This document shows positions 30,256-40,306 of a DNA stretch of 64,000 nucleotides, piece after piece. The stretch is taken from assembly GCA_963801815.1 (NCBI GenBank), contig CAWDGJ010000002.1, positions 128,001 to 192,000 on the forward strand, written 5' to 3'. A model generated the notes under the pieces. The model had not been told where the DNA came from and made no database searches. It saw only the letters and a program-made list of their open reading frames with translations. Numbering within the stretch: the stretch's first letter is position 1; each line of letters starts with the position of its first letter. Position numbers and translations under genes: made by a program. The DNA comes from an uncultured Verrucomicrobiae bacterium (GTDB lineage: Bacteria > Verrucomicrobiota > Verrucomicrobiia > Chthoniobacterales > UBA10450).

Positions 30256-32428
30256 ATGAACAAATTTCCAATAGCGCTAGCCGCGCTGTTTATCACGACA
30301 ACCATCACGAACGGGCAAGAAGCCGTTTCAAAGCCGGGGACTTCGCCAGCAACCGCCGCTGCTTCACCAGCGACAGCGCCATCAACTTCGCCGACACCCG
30401 CGACCGCGACAGCGGAAAGCGTTACCGTCACATCCAACGAGTTGGACATTTCGCGTGAAGCGATTGTGCCGAGCCTTGGCGCGACGCGTTACACGATCGG
30501 GCCCGATCGTCTCGACTCCCAGGCGCAAGGCGAGAATGCGCCGTTTAACGAAACCGTTCTGCGTTTTCCCGGCGTGGCACGCGATTCGTTCGGACAACTT
30601 CACGTCCGCGGCGAGCACGCCAATCTGCAATACCGCATCGACGATGTGCTTTTGCCGGAAAGCATTCCCGGGTTCGGCCCGGAGTTGGCAACGCGCTTTG
30701 CCGATAACATTTCGCTCATGACCGGCGCGCTCCCGGCCCAGTTTGGTTTTCGCCAAACAGGCGTGATCGATATTCATACCAAGAACGGCGCGGCCTTCCT
30801 CAACACTGAAGCGTCAATCTATGTCGGAAGTTTCGACACCTTCCAGGAAAGCCTTGAACGCGGCGGCGTGACCGGAAAGCTCAGCTATTACGTAACCCAG
30901 AGTTATTTCCACAGCGGCATCGGCATCGAAAATCCGACGTCGAGCAACAGTCCGATTCACGACGACACCGACCAATTCAGGGAATTCGTCTACGCATCCG
31001 ATATCATCGACGACACCAGCCGGTTCTCGCTGATCGCCGGCCATAATCACAATGATTTCGAAATCCCGAACAATCCGGGCCAAACGCCAGCGTTCAACGA
31101 CATGGGACGTACGAATTTCAATTCGGCCAAGCTCGATGAGAACCAATCGGAAGAGAACTACTACGACATTCTGACCTACCAAAAGAAATCCGACGTCTTC
31201 AATTTCCAGGCGTCGGCCTTCAATCGATACAGCTCGATCCTTTTTCGTCCCGATGAAGTGGGCGATCTAATTTTCAACGGTGTCGCTTCCCGAGTGGATC
31301 GCGACATTCTTATCGAACGGCGCTGAGTTTGATTCGAGTTACAAGCTCAACGACGAGCACACCATCCGAGCCGGCGGAATTTTTACTGAGCAATACGCTA
31401 CCGTAAACACGGTAACGAACGTTTTCCCGGTGGACACGAACGGCAATCAAATTCCCAACATGCCGCCGCAGCGCGTGGTCGATAATCAACGACAAATACC
31501 GGTTACTTCTACGGTTTTTATTTGCAGGACGAATGGAAACCACTGGATCAACTCACAATTAATTTCGGCGGACGCCTCGATTTCGTGAACGCGTTTCGCG
31601 ATGAGAACCAGTTAAGCCCGCGCATCAACGTTGTTTACACACCGTGGGACGGGACCGCGTTGCACGCCGGCTATGCACGTTACTTTACGCCGCCTCCGTT
31701 GGAAGCGGTTCCCCAAAGCACGATTTCCAAGTTCACCGGCACCACAAACGAATCGGCTATCACCAAGGATTCAACGATCAGCTGCGGAGCGGGCGCATTA
31801 CTTCGACGCCGGCGTCACCCAAAAAATCATGGAAGGCTGGAACGTTGGCCTCGATGGCTTTTACAAAAGCACGCACTCGGTTTTGGATGAAGGCCAGTTC
31901 GGAGAGGCGCTCATTCTATCGTCGTTCAATTATTCGCGCGGCCGAATTTACGGCGGCGAATTCACTACGAATTACGATCACGGCCCGTTCTCGCTTTATG
32001 GCAACGCAGCCTGGGAGTGGGCGCGCGGCGTCCACGTCAGCTCGGCCCAATTTCTGTTCGATCCGGATGAGTACGCGTTCATCAACAAGCATTGGGTTTT
32101 TCTCGATCACGATCAGCGCTGGACCGCGACGGCCGGCGGCGCTTACACCTGGCAGGACTGGAGATTATCGAGCGAATTCCTTTACGGAAGCGGACTTCGC
32201 CGCGGTTTTGCCAACACCAAGAGCGTTCCCGATTACGGAACCGTCAACCTTGGGCTTCAGCGGATCCTAAAAATTCCGAATTGGCCTGGCAGTTTCAAAA
32301 TCCGGCTCGATATCGTGAATCTCTTCGACAAAATTTACGAGTTGCGCGACGGCAGCGGCATCGGCGTAGGCGCGCCGCAGTTCGGCCAGCGCCGCGGCTT
32401 TTACGGCACAGTAGCCTACGACTTTTGA
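30256..32428 (+). CDS. TonB-dependent receptor; frameshifts near 31315, 31495 and 31780
   Basis: Signal peptide, ESVTVTS TonB-box-like motif, plug (LHVRG, YRIDDV, GVIDIHTK), QDEWK, SPRIN, NLFD, terminal aromatic YDF. Confidence 0.9.
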
Positions 32429-32451
32429 ACTGACTCGATCATGCTGCTCTT

Positions 32452-33222
32452 ATGATTCGATCTTTTATATTCGCTCTTATCGCGATCCTATCGGTTTACG
32501 CCACTTTGGACGCGCAAGATTCCGCGCTGACAGGGACTTCGGCTACGCCCGACCTTCCGAGCTCTGAGAAGATTAGATTCACAGAGGTTAATGTTGATGG
32601 GCCGTACATCGCGATGACCTTTGATGATGGCCCGCACGCAACAAACACGGCCAAGCTACTCGAGATGGCAGCAAAGAGGCACATCAAACTAACGTTTTTC
32701 GTCCTTGGCGAATGCATCGAGCAAAACCCAGACGTTCTCCGCCGAGAGATCGCGGAAGGACACGAAATCGGTAACCACTCCTGGTCGCACCCTAATCTAG
32801 CGAAGCTCTCCGACGCGGACGTTCGGGGCCAGCTTCAACGGACCCAAGACATTATCGTGAAGACCACCGGCGCAACACCGAAGTTGATGCGCCCTCCGTA
32901 TGGCGAGTTGACGAAACGCCAGCGGGAATGGGTGAATCGCGACTTCGGTTACAAGATAATCTTGTGGGACGTTGATCCTCTCGATTGGAAGCGACCTGGC
33001 TCTAACATCGTCGCGAAACGCATCATCGCGGGAGCACGTCCGGGGTCGATCATTTTGTCACACGATATCCACCCGCCGACGATTGCTGCGATGCCGCAGG
33101 TTTTTGATGCCCTTCTCGCGAAAGGATTCAAATTTGTGACGGTCTCCGAGCTGCTCGCCATGGATAAAGGCGGCGAGCGACCCGAAGGCTTGAAGGGGGC
33201 CGCCCCGCGGCCAAGTCCGTAA
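32452..33222 (+). CDS. Secreted polysaccharide deacetylase (NodB/CE4)
   Basis: TFDDGP, NHSWSHP, RPPYG, DPLDW, LSHD. Confidence 0.93.
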   Translation: MIRSFIFALIAILSVYATLDAQDSALTGTSATPDLPSSEKIRFTEVNVDGPYIAMTFDDGPHATNTAKLLEMAAKRHIKLTFFVLGECIEQNPDVLRREIAEGHEIGNHSWSHPNLAKLSDADVRGQLQRTQDIIVKTTGATPKLMRPPYGELTKRQREWVNRDFGYKIILWDVDPLDWKRPGSNIVAKRIIAGARPGSIILSHDIHPPTIAAMPQVFDALLAKGFKFVTVSELLAMDKGGERPEGLKGAAPRPSP

Positions 33223-33312
33223 GTCATTTGGTCACCCCACCGACGGTGCCAGAAGTTCAGCCTGCACAGAGTAAGAGCACCGAGTAATATTGACGGCCGC
33301 CCAATTAAGCCA

Positions 33313-34272
33313 ATGCACCAGGTAGATCACTCACGTTTCCGGCACTCGCATAATTTCGTGAGCGACTTTACGAAAGGCGAACGCCGTACCCGTATCGTGA
33401 TTGCCATCACCGGCGTGATGATGGTCGTGGAAATAACCGCTGGTGTTCTTTCTCACTCAATGGCGTTGCTGGCCGACGGCTGGCACATGAGCACGCACGT
33501 GACCGCGTTCCTGATCACGGCCGTTGCCTACTATTTCACGCGGCGGCACTCATCCAACGAGCAATTCAGTTTTGGAACGGGAAAGATCGGCGTCCTCGGA
33601 GGCTTTGCCAGCGCAGTCGTGCTCTCAGTGGTTGCATTGCTTATGGCCGGCGAATCGGTCCATCGCCTTTTTGTTCCACTACAAATTCATTTTAACGAAG
33701 CGATCGATATCGCTTGCGTCGCGCTCAGTGTAAATCTTGTCTGCGCATTTCTGTTGAAGGAAGACCATCATCACGCACACGACCACCATGGCGAAGATCG
33801 ACAGCAACATTCGCATCAGCACGATCTGAATCTGCGCGCGGCGTATTTACACGTCGTTGCTGATGCGTTCACAACGTTGCTCGCCATTGTCGCACTGACT
33901 TCGGGGAAATTCTTCGGTTGGGATTGGCTAGATCCCATCGTTGGTCTCGTTGGAAGTGGCGTTGTATTTTCGTGGGCTTACCAATTATTACGAGACACCA
34001 GCGGCATTCTGGTCGATCAGACACCACTCTCTTCTGATTTGCCTGACGAAATCCGGCGCACGGTTGAGAGTGACGGTGATTCGATCGTTACCGATCTCCA
34101 TGTCTGGCAGGTCAGCACCGGAAAATTCGCAGCCATTGTTTCCATCGTCGCCCACGAACCGAAGAGCTCCAATCTGTATCGCGAATTGCTTCACGAACAC
34201 GAAGAGTTAGTCCACGTCACAATCGAGACACAGCGCTGCGTTGAGGACCACGAAGCCTTGTCGCGTTTCTAA
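33313..34272 (+). CDS. dmeF: CDF family Co/Ni efflux transporter
   Basis: SMALLADGWHMSTH, FSFGTGK, His-rich loop, DLNLRAAYLHVVADA, DLHVW. Confidence 0.88.
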   Translation: MHQVDHSRFRHSHNFVSDFTKGERRTRIVIAITGVMMVVEITAGVLSHSMALLADGWHMSTHVTAFLITAVAYYFTRRHSSNEQFSFGTGKIGVLGGFASAVVLSVVALLMAGESVHRLFVPLQIHFNEAIDIACVALSVNLVCAFLLKEDHHHAHDHHGEDRQQHSHQHDLNLRAAYLHVVADAFTTLLAIVALTSGKFFGWDWLDPIVGLVGSGVVFSWAYQLLRDTSGILVDQTPLSSDLPDEIRRTVESDGDSIVTDLHVWQVSTGKFAAIVSIVAHEPKSSNLYRELLHEHEELVHVTIETQRCVEDHEALSRF

Positions 34273-34377
34273 CGTTGGTCGGCTGTTGGTGAGCGACGTC
34301 ATTGCGAGCGCCGCTTTGTGTGGCAAGAGTCTACCGCGTATTTGTCGAGCCCGCATTGACGTAAGACAGGAGCCTAC

Positions 34378-36003
34378 ATGAGAAATTTTCTATCTTTGAC
34401 GCTCGCAATTTTCCTGGTGAGTCGAGTCCACGCACAGGAAACGGCATCGACGCCGACCTCGTCATCACAAATGGATGAACTGCGTCAGCAAGTGAAAGCC
34501 CTCACCGACACGGTGAAGACCTTGCAACAACAAGTGACGGACCAGCAGACAACAATCGATCGACTCAATCAGCAGAACAGCACAAATGTTGAATCGCCGG
34601 AACCATCGCCGATCGCGGCTGCTTCTGCAGCACCATCACCGTCGCCAACAGCCGCAACGAAAGCGCCTGCGGGGTTTCCGACTGAAGATGCGTCAGTCGT
34701 TGCCTCGTCCACAACGAGCGCGCCGTCGGCCGCGCAGAGTCCAGGCGTAAATGCGAATGGCACCGCTGTTGGAAATTTTCCGACGACGGATACGTCAGTT
34801 GTCACATCCGCGCCGGAGACAATTTCCAGTACCGGGGCTGGGGCATCACTCACGCAGCCGTTCGGAATCAGCAGCGGTGGCGGTAAGAATTACATGAACA
34901 TGTCGTTCGACGGCTTGTTCGCGCTTGCCGAATCGAGCGCCAAAGATCTCAATCACATTGAGGTGGGCGATCATGACCCGATGCAGCGCGGATTCAATGC
35001 GCGAAACATCGAACTTGCCTTCGATGGAGCCGTCGATCCTTACTTCGAAGGTTTCGCAAACATCGTTTTCAAACTCGACAACGACAACAATACCGACGTC
35101 GAAGTTGAAGAAGCGTTCCTGCAAACGACGAGCCTACCGTTCAACCTGCAATTAAAAGGCGGACAATTCTTCGCCGCGTTTGGCCGAATCAATCCAACCC
35201 ATCCGCACACCTGGGACTTTGCCGATTACCCGATCGTCGCCGGGCGTTTTCTCGGCCCGGACGGCTTGCGCGGTGTGGGCACCCAAATTTCCTGGATTGT
35301 GCCGTTGCCGTGGTATTCGCAATTGTTTCTTGGAGTGCAAAACGGCCGCGGCGAAACCGGCTACTCGTTTCGCAATCCCGGTGACAACGGCATCTTCTAC
35401 GGCCGGGAAACAACCGATCGCGAGATTCGCGGTCTCGAAGATTTCGTTTGGATTCCGCGCTGGGAAAACTCGGTCGATCTTAGCCCGACTCAAGTGGTGC
35501 TCGCCGGCGTTTCCGGTGCGTTCGGTTCAAATGAAACGGGCGGCAATGCGCGAACGCAGATTTACGGCGCCGATTTTCTTTACAAATGGAAAAGCGAGAA
35601 GGCCGAGGGCGGATTTCCATTCGTGAAATGGCAAACCGAGTTCATGTATCGTCGCTTCGAAGCAGGCCACGGTATGGACGATTCATTCCCGGTCGCGGAA
35701 ACATTTCATGACTGGGGGCTTTATTCGCAAGTGCTTTGGGGATTCAAGAAAGGTTGGGTGGCGGGAATCCGCGGTGATTACTACGACGCGCAAGATTCGC
35801 GGTACACCGACGATATCGATCGACAATCGCGGTCACGGATCAGTGCCAACCTGACCTGGTATCCGACCGAGTTCTCCAAGATCCGTTTGCAATACAATCA
35901 CGACTTTCTCGACGAAACATTTTTCCTGGCCGGCCGCGACGTAGACTCAGTTTTTCTTCAATTTGAATTCATCCTCGGCTCGCACGGCGCCCACAAATTT
36001 TAA
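34378..36003 (+). CDS. Outer-membrane beta-barrel (porin-like) protein with N-terminal coiled coil
   Basis: Signal peptide, coiled coil, GDHDP, GAVDPYF, NPTHPHTW, TEFSKIRLQY, terminal GSHGAHKF; AGGAG SD. Confidence 0.75.
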   Translation: MRNFLSLTLAIFLVSRVHAQETASTPTSSSQMDELRQQVKALTDTVKTLQQQVTDQQTTIDRLNQQNSTNVESPEPSPIAAASAAPSPSPTAATKAPAGFPTEDASVVASSTTSAPSAAQSPGVNANGTAVGNFPTTDTSVVTSAPETISSTGAGASLTQPFGISSGGGKNYMNMSFDGLFALAESSAKDLNHIEVGDHDPMQRGFNARNIELAFDGAVDPYFEGFANIVFKLDNDNNTDVEVEEAFLQTTSLPFNLQLKGGQFFAAFGRINPTHPHTWDFADYPIVAGRFLGPDGLRGVGTQISWIVPLPWYSQLFLGVQNGRGETGYSFRNPGDNGIFYGRETTDREIRGLEDFVWIPRWENSVDLSPTQVVLAGVSGAFGSNETGGNARTQIYGADFLYKWKSEKAEGGFPFVKWQTEFMYRRFEAGHGMDDSFPVAETFHDWGLYSQVLWGFKKGWVAGIRGDYYDAQDSRYTDDIDRQSRSRISANLTWYPTEFSKIRLQYNHDFLDETFFLAGRDVDSVFLQFEFILGSHGAHKF

Positions 36004-36011
36004 GTATGAAT

Positions 36012-36118
36012 TGTCATCCTGAACGAAGTGAAGGATCACCCAAGAGCTCATTGATCACGCAGACTAAGTTGTGTGATCCAAACTGCGCATGTGGAACTCC
36101 TCGCTTTGCTTGGAATGA
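36012..36118. repeat. TGTCATCC...GGAATGA palindromic repeat family copy 1
   Basis: Homologous to 59202-59311, including the central GATCAC...GTGATC hairpin. Confidence 0.75.
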
Positions 36119-36152
36119 GAACACCCGCTCGGCGGGCAAAAATCGCGAAATT

Positions 36153-37049
36153 ATGAAACGAATCCTGTTAATTCTGTCCTTTGTTGTCTGTGCATTTTCC
36201 GCGCAGGCGAAGTTGAACGTTGTCGCCACGCTTCCCGATTTCGGATCGCTCGCGCGCGAAATCGGCGGCGACAAGATCGATCTCGTCGTGCTGGCGAAGC
36301 CGACCGAAGATCCGCACTTCGTGGATGCGCGTCCAAGTTTTGTCGTTTCGTTGCGCAACGCCGACGTGTTGATCGACGGGGGCGCGGAGCTTGAGGTTGG
36401 TTGGCTGCCGCCGCTGTTGCAAAATGCCCGCAATCCGAAGATCGAAGTTGGAAAGCCCGGACGGGTGCAAGCGTCGCAGGGAATTCGATTGATGGAAGTA
36501 CCGACGACTTTGACCCGCGCCGCCGGCGATGTGCATGCGCTCGGCAATCCACATTTTTGCGTCGACCCGATCATTGCCAAAGCGATCGCGCAGCACATCG
36601 CCCAATCATTCGCGGCCGTCGATCCGCCGAATGCAGCGTTTTACGACGCGAACTACAAGAAATTCGAAGCGGCCATTAATAATAAACTGCAATATTGGGG
36701 CGCGATGATGCAACCGTTTCAAGGCCAGCACGTCGCCGCCTATCACGATTCGTGGCCCTATTTTGCCCACCGCTTCGGTATTAACATCGACGTGTTTCTC
36801 GAACCGAAGCCCGGCATTCCGCCGTCGCCATCGCACTTAACCGAAGTGATCGGTCAAATGAAATCGTTGCACATCAAAGCGATCATTGTGGAACCGTATC
36901 ATGACCGGCGGATTGCGGAGAAGGTGGCCAGATCAACGGGCGCGAAAGTAGTGGACTTCGCGCAATTTCCCGGCGGAATTCCGAACGCGGACAGCTACGT
37001 GAGCCTGATCGACAAACTTGTTTCGAAACTCGCCGAAGCACTGAAATAA
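36153..37049 (+). CDS. Metal ABC transporter substrate-binding protein (ZnuA/TroA cluster A-I)
   Basis: Signal peptide MKRILL...; DPHF, GNPHF, YHDSWPYF, EPKPGIPP. Confidence 0.92.
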   Translation: MKRILLILSFVVCAFSAQAKLNVVATLPDFGSLAREIGGDKIDLVVLAKPTEDPHFVDARPSFVVSLRNADVLIDGGAELEVGWLPPLLQNARNPKIEVGKPGRVQASQGIRLMEVPTTLTRAAGDVHALGNPHFCVDPIIAKAIAQHIAQSFAAVDPPNAAFYDANYKKFEAAINNKLQYWGAMMQPFQGQHVAAYHDSWPYFAHRFGINIDVFLEPKPGIPPSPSHLTEVIGQMKSLHIKAIIVEPYHDRRIAEKVARSTGAKVVDFAQFPGGIPNADSYVSLIDKLVSKLAEALK

Positions 37050-37051
37050 TT

Positions 37052-37876
37052 ATGTGGGAAGTGATGTTCTGGCCTATCATGGCCTGCGTTCTCTTGCCGT
37101 GGCTGCTGGTTTACTTGGGACTTCACGTCGTCCAACGCGGAATCATCTTCATCGACATCGCGATGGCGCAGATGGCGTCCCTTGGAATTTGTTTGGCCGT
37201 CTTGCTGCATATCGATCTTGAAAGCTGGACCACCTTCGGCATAGCGCTGTTGTTTACTTTGATCGGCGCGTCGATTTTTTCAGTGACCGGCAAGCGGAAG
37301 AGCCAGATTCCGCAGGAAGCTGTCATCGGAATTTCCTACGTCGTCGCAGCCGCCGCCGCAGTTTTGCTCCTGAGCCGCGCCGCCGAAGGCGACGAAGAAA
37401 TCAAAAACATGCTGGTCGGAAATATTTTGCTCGTCACGCCGCGCGAAGTTTGGGAACGGTTCGCGCTCTTCGCGGCTGTCGGCATTTTTCATTTTGTTTT
37501 TCGAAAAAAATTCCTGCTCGTTTCGTTCGATGACGAAGGCGCGTATCAAAGCGGATTGCGCGTGCGCTGGTGGGATTTTTGCTTCTACGCGGTATTCGGC
37601 CTGGTGGTAACGAGCTTTGTGCGCATCGCCGGCGTGCTGCTCGTCTTTAGTTATCTGATCGTACCCGCAGTTTGCGGGATCAATCTGGCCCGGCGGATTG
37701 GCAACCGGTTGCTCATCGGTTGGATCGTCGCGCTGATCGGCGGGGTTGCTGGATTGCTCCTTTCCTATTGGTGGGATCTGCCGTCCGGTGCAGCGATTGT
37801 CTGCACCTTCGGCGCGCTTTTGATTTTGATTTCATTTATTGGCCTCTGGCGCCGCCGCTTTATTCTATCGGAATAA
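37052..37876 (+). CDS. Metal ABC transporter permease (ZnuB/ABC-3 family)
   Basis: GLHVVQRGIIFIDIAMAQ, GVLLVFSYLIVPA, DLPSGAAIV. Confidence 0.9.
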   Translation: MWEVMFWPIMACVLLPWLLVYLGLHVVQRGIIFIDIAMAQMASLGICLAVLLHIDLESWTTFGIALLFTLIGASIFSVTGKRKSQIPQEAVIGISYVVAAAAAVLLLSRAAEGDEEIKNMLVGNILLVTPREVWERFALFAAVGIFHFVFRKKFLLVSFDDEGAYQSGLRVRWWDFCFYAVFGLVVTSFVRIAGVLLVFSYLIVPAVCGINLARRIGNRLLIGWIVALIGGVAGLLLSYWWDLPSGAAIVCTFGALLILISFIGLWRRRFILSE

Positions 37877-37891
37877 CGGACCCGCGCTGAC

Positions 37892-38629
37892 GTGAATGAC
37901 GTTGTTTTCATAACACTCCTGGCCACGGGATTTGCCGTGGGATTTCTTCACTCGGTGATCCCGACGCACTGGCTTCCGTTCGTGGTAGCGGCCCGCACTC
38001 AACGTTGGACCAAAACAAAAACGCTCGCGGTGACCGGCTTTGCCGGCGTGGGCCACGTCATCTTCACCACCGCGCTCGGAGTGTTGATCGTGTGGGGCGG
38101 CATGGCAATCAACAGTCGAATTGGCAATGCGTTCCCCTATCTCGCCGGAGGCGCGCTGATTGCTTTGGGAATTTTTTATCTCGTTCGTCAAATGAAGGGC
38201 GATCATGGACACGTCCATTTGTTCGGCAGTCACAGTCACGAGCACCATTCACACGATCACGGCGACCACCATCATCATGACGATCTCGATGATTCGATTG
38301 AAGAAGAGGAGCGTGCGCTCGAGCAGGATTGGTCGAGACAAAGATCAGACGGGGCGGCAATTCTGGGTTTAATGGCGCTGCTGACCTTTTCTCCCTGTGA
38401 AGCGTTTCTGCCCGTGTTCCTGACCGGCGCGAAATACGGGTGGCTCGGTTTTGTGTTGCTGAGCACTGTTCTGGCCGTCGCCACTATTACGGGAATGATC
38501 ACCTTCACTTCGCTGACCATGCTTGGACTACAACGTTTGCGATTCAAGACACTGGAAAGATACGAACCGCTGATTGTGAGCGCGGTTTTCTGCACCCTCG
38601 GCGTGTTGGTGATTATATTGGAACATTAA
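37892..38629 (+). CDS. His-rich membrane protein, RcnA/NicO-like Ni/Co transporter superfamily
   Basis: LHSVIPTHWLP, GHV, His-rich loop, SPCE. Confidence 0.75.
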   Translation: MNDVVFITLLATGFAVGFLHSVIPTHWLPFVVAARTQRWTKTKTLAVTGFAGVGHVIFTTALGVLIVWGGMAINSRIGNAFPYLAGGALIALGIFYLVRQMKGDHGHVHLFGSHSHEHHSHDHGDHHHHDDLDDSIEEEERALEQDWSRQRSDGAAILGLMALLTFSPCEAFLPVFLTGAKYGWLGFVLLSTVLAVATITGMITFTSLTMLGLQRLRFKTLERYEPLIVSAVFCTLGVLVIILEH

Positions 38630-38633
38630 TTCC

Positions 38634-39539
38634 ATGGCGCACGATCATTCGCATAATCACTCGCCGAATTTTAACGCCGCTTTTGCCATCGGCATCGCGC
38701 TGAACACCGCCTATGTCTTGTTCGAGGTTATTTTCGGCTTAATCGGACATTCACTCGCATTACTCGCCGATGCCGGCCACAACTTGAGCGACGTTCTCGG
38801 TTTGCTGCTCGCCTGGGGCGCGAGTGCAATGACCAAGAGTCTGCCGACCAAGCGACGAACTTACGGCCTGCGCGGCAGCTCGATTCTGGCTGCGCTGTTC
38901 AACGCCATTTTTTTGCTCGTTTCAGTGGGGGCGATCGTTTGGGAAGCGTTGCGCCGGTTCAGAGCGCCAGCCGAAGTCGCCGCGAACACGATCATTTGGG
39001 TTTCGTTGGTCGGCATTGCGGTAAATACCGCCACCGCATTGATGTTCCGGGCCGGCCGCGAACACGATCTTAATATTCGCGGCGCGTTTCTCCACATGGC
39101 CGCCGACGCGGCCATTTCTGCCGGAGTCGTAATCGCGGGTTTCGCCATTCTCTGGACGGGATGGCATTGGATCGATCCGGTTGTGAGCTTGATAATTTCC
39201 GCCGTCATCGTTTGGGGCACGTGGGACCTGTTGCGCGAATCCACCAACCTTGCTTTGCAAGCCGTGCCGCGAAACATTGAACCGGAAAAAGTGGAGCGTT
39301 ATCTGGCGCAGTTGCCCGGAGTTTCCAGAGTCCACGATCTCCATATTTGGGCGATGAGTACAACCGAAACGGCGCTCACAGCGCATTTGGTGAAGCCGGA
39401 CGGAAACATCGACGACGAATTGCTGGCGCGCGTTTGCGACGAACTTCAGGAAAATTTCCACATCAGTCATGTCACCATTCAACTGGAATGCGGAAGTGAA
39501 GCCCACCCCTGCAGACAGGCGGCCGATCATGCAGTGTGA
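38634..39539 (+). CDS. CDF family Zn/Co/Cd transporter (CzcD/ZitB-like)
   Basis: SLALLADAGHNLSD, DLNIRGAFLHMAADA, HDLHIW, HVTIQ. Confidence 0.92.
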   Translation: MAHDHSHNHSPNFNAAFAIGIALNTAYVLFEVIFGLIGHSLALLADAGHNLSDVLGLLLAWGASAMTKSLPTKRRTYGLRGSSILAALFNAIFLLVSVGAIVWEALRRFRAPAEVAANTIIWVSLVGIAVNTATALMFRAGREHDLNIRGAFLHMAADAAISAGVVIAGFAILWTGWHWIDPVVSLIISAVIVWGTWDLLRESTNLALQAVPRNIEPEKVERYLAQLPGVSRVHDLHIWAMSTTETALTAHLVKPDGNIDDELLARVCDELQENFHISHVTIQLECGSEAHPCRQAADHAV

Positions 39540-39609
39540 TTCGCCTGCCCGCCTTTGCCTGACAGCGAAATGCGTTGCTTTCAATGGCAGACTGTTGTAA
39601 TCGGTTTTC

Positions 39610-40306
39610 GTGTCTAAATTGCTAATTTTCGCCCTGTCTCTTGGGGTCGCATTTGGGCTCTGTTTTTCTGCATCTGCGGGACCGCAACCGGTGAGTGGTG
39701 TCAGCGGCGGCGCCAGGACCCGAGCCAATTCCTCCAAGTCCAATGAGTCCGACATCAGGCTCCGGTCCCACATCAGATCCCTACACTCCCTCTACTTCGA
39801 CTACGACCGATAGTGCGCATCCCAGCACACAGAAACCGGACTCGTCTGACGCCTCAAACGCAAGCGATGCATCCGGCTCAAGCAACGACGTTCCGGACGA
39901 CACGTTGTATCGTATGAGTACCAAAGAAACCCTTGCCGCCGGCACGATGGGGCGAGATGAAGGCCAGCTCTCTCGCAAACCAACGCGGCGCGAAAAAGTC
40001 TCGGAGGTTGAATCAACCAAACAGCTTAAAACGAGCGGTACCGATCCAAAGTTCCAAGGGAGTCTTCTTCATTCGAGCCTGACTTCGATCGATGATTTGG
40101 GCCAGAAGGCGAGCAATGGCGCTGAAAACGGCGAAACGGACGCTGTGGACGGGGGCGATCCGCGCTTCAAAGCGAAGCGTTTAGTTTTCACCGAAGAAGC
40201 GGCCAACGGCTCAAAGAGGAAGAAGGAGACGTCTCACACCAAGGGAGAGACTTCCCCGTCGCCGAGCCCGTCGGCCACTGCTTCGCCGGCTGCATCCCAT
40301 CGCTAA
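39610..40306 (+). CDS. Secreted low-complexity hypothetical protein; probable frameshift near 39700
   Basis: Signal peptide in ORF 39610 and Ser/Pro/Thr-rich body in ORF 39695-40306. Confidence 0.5.
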
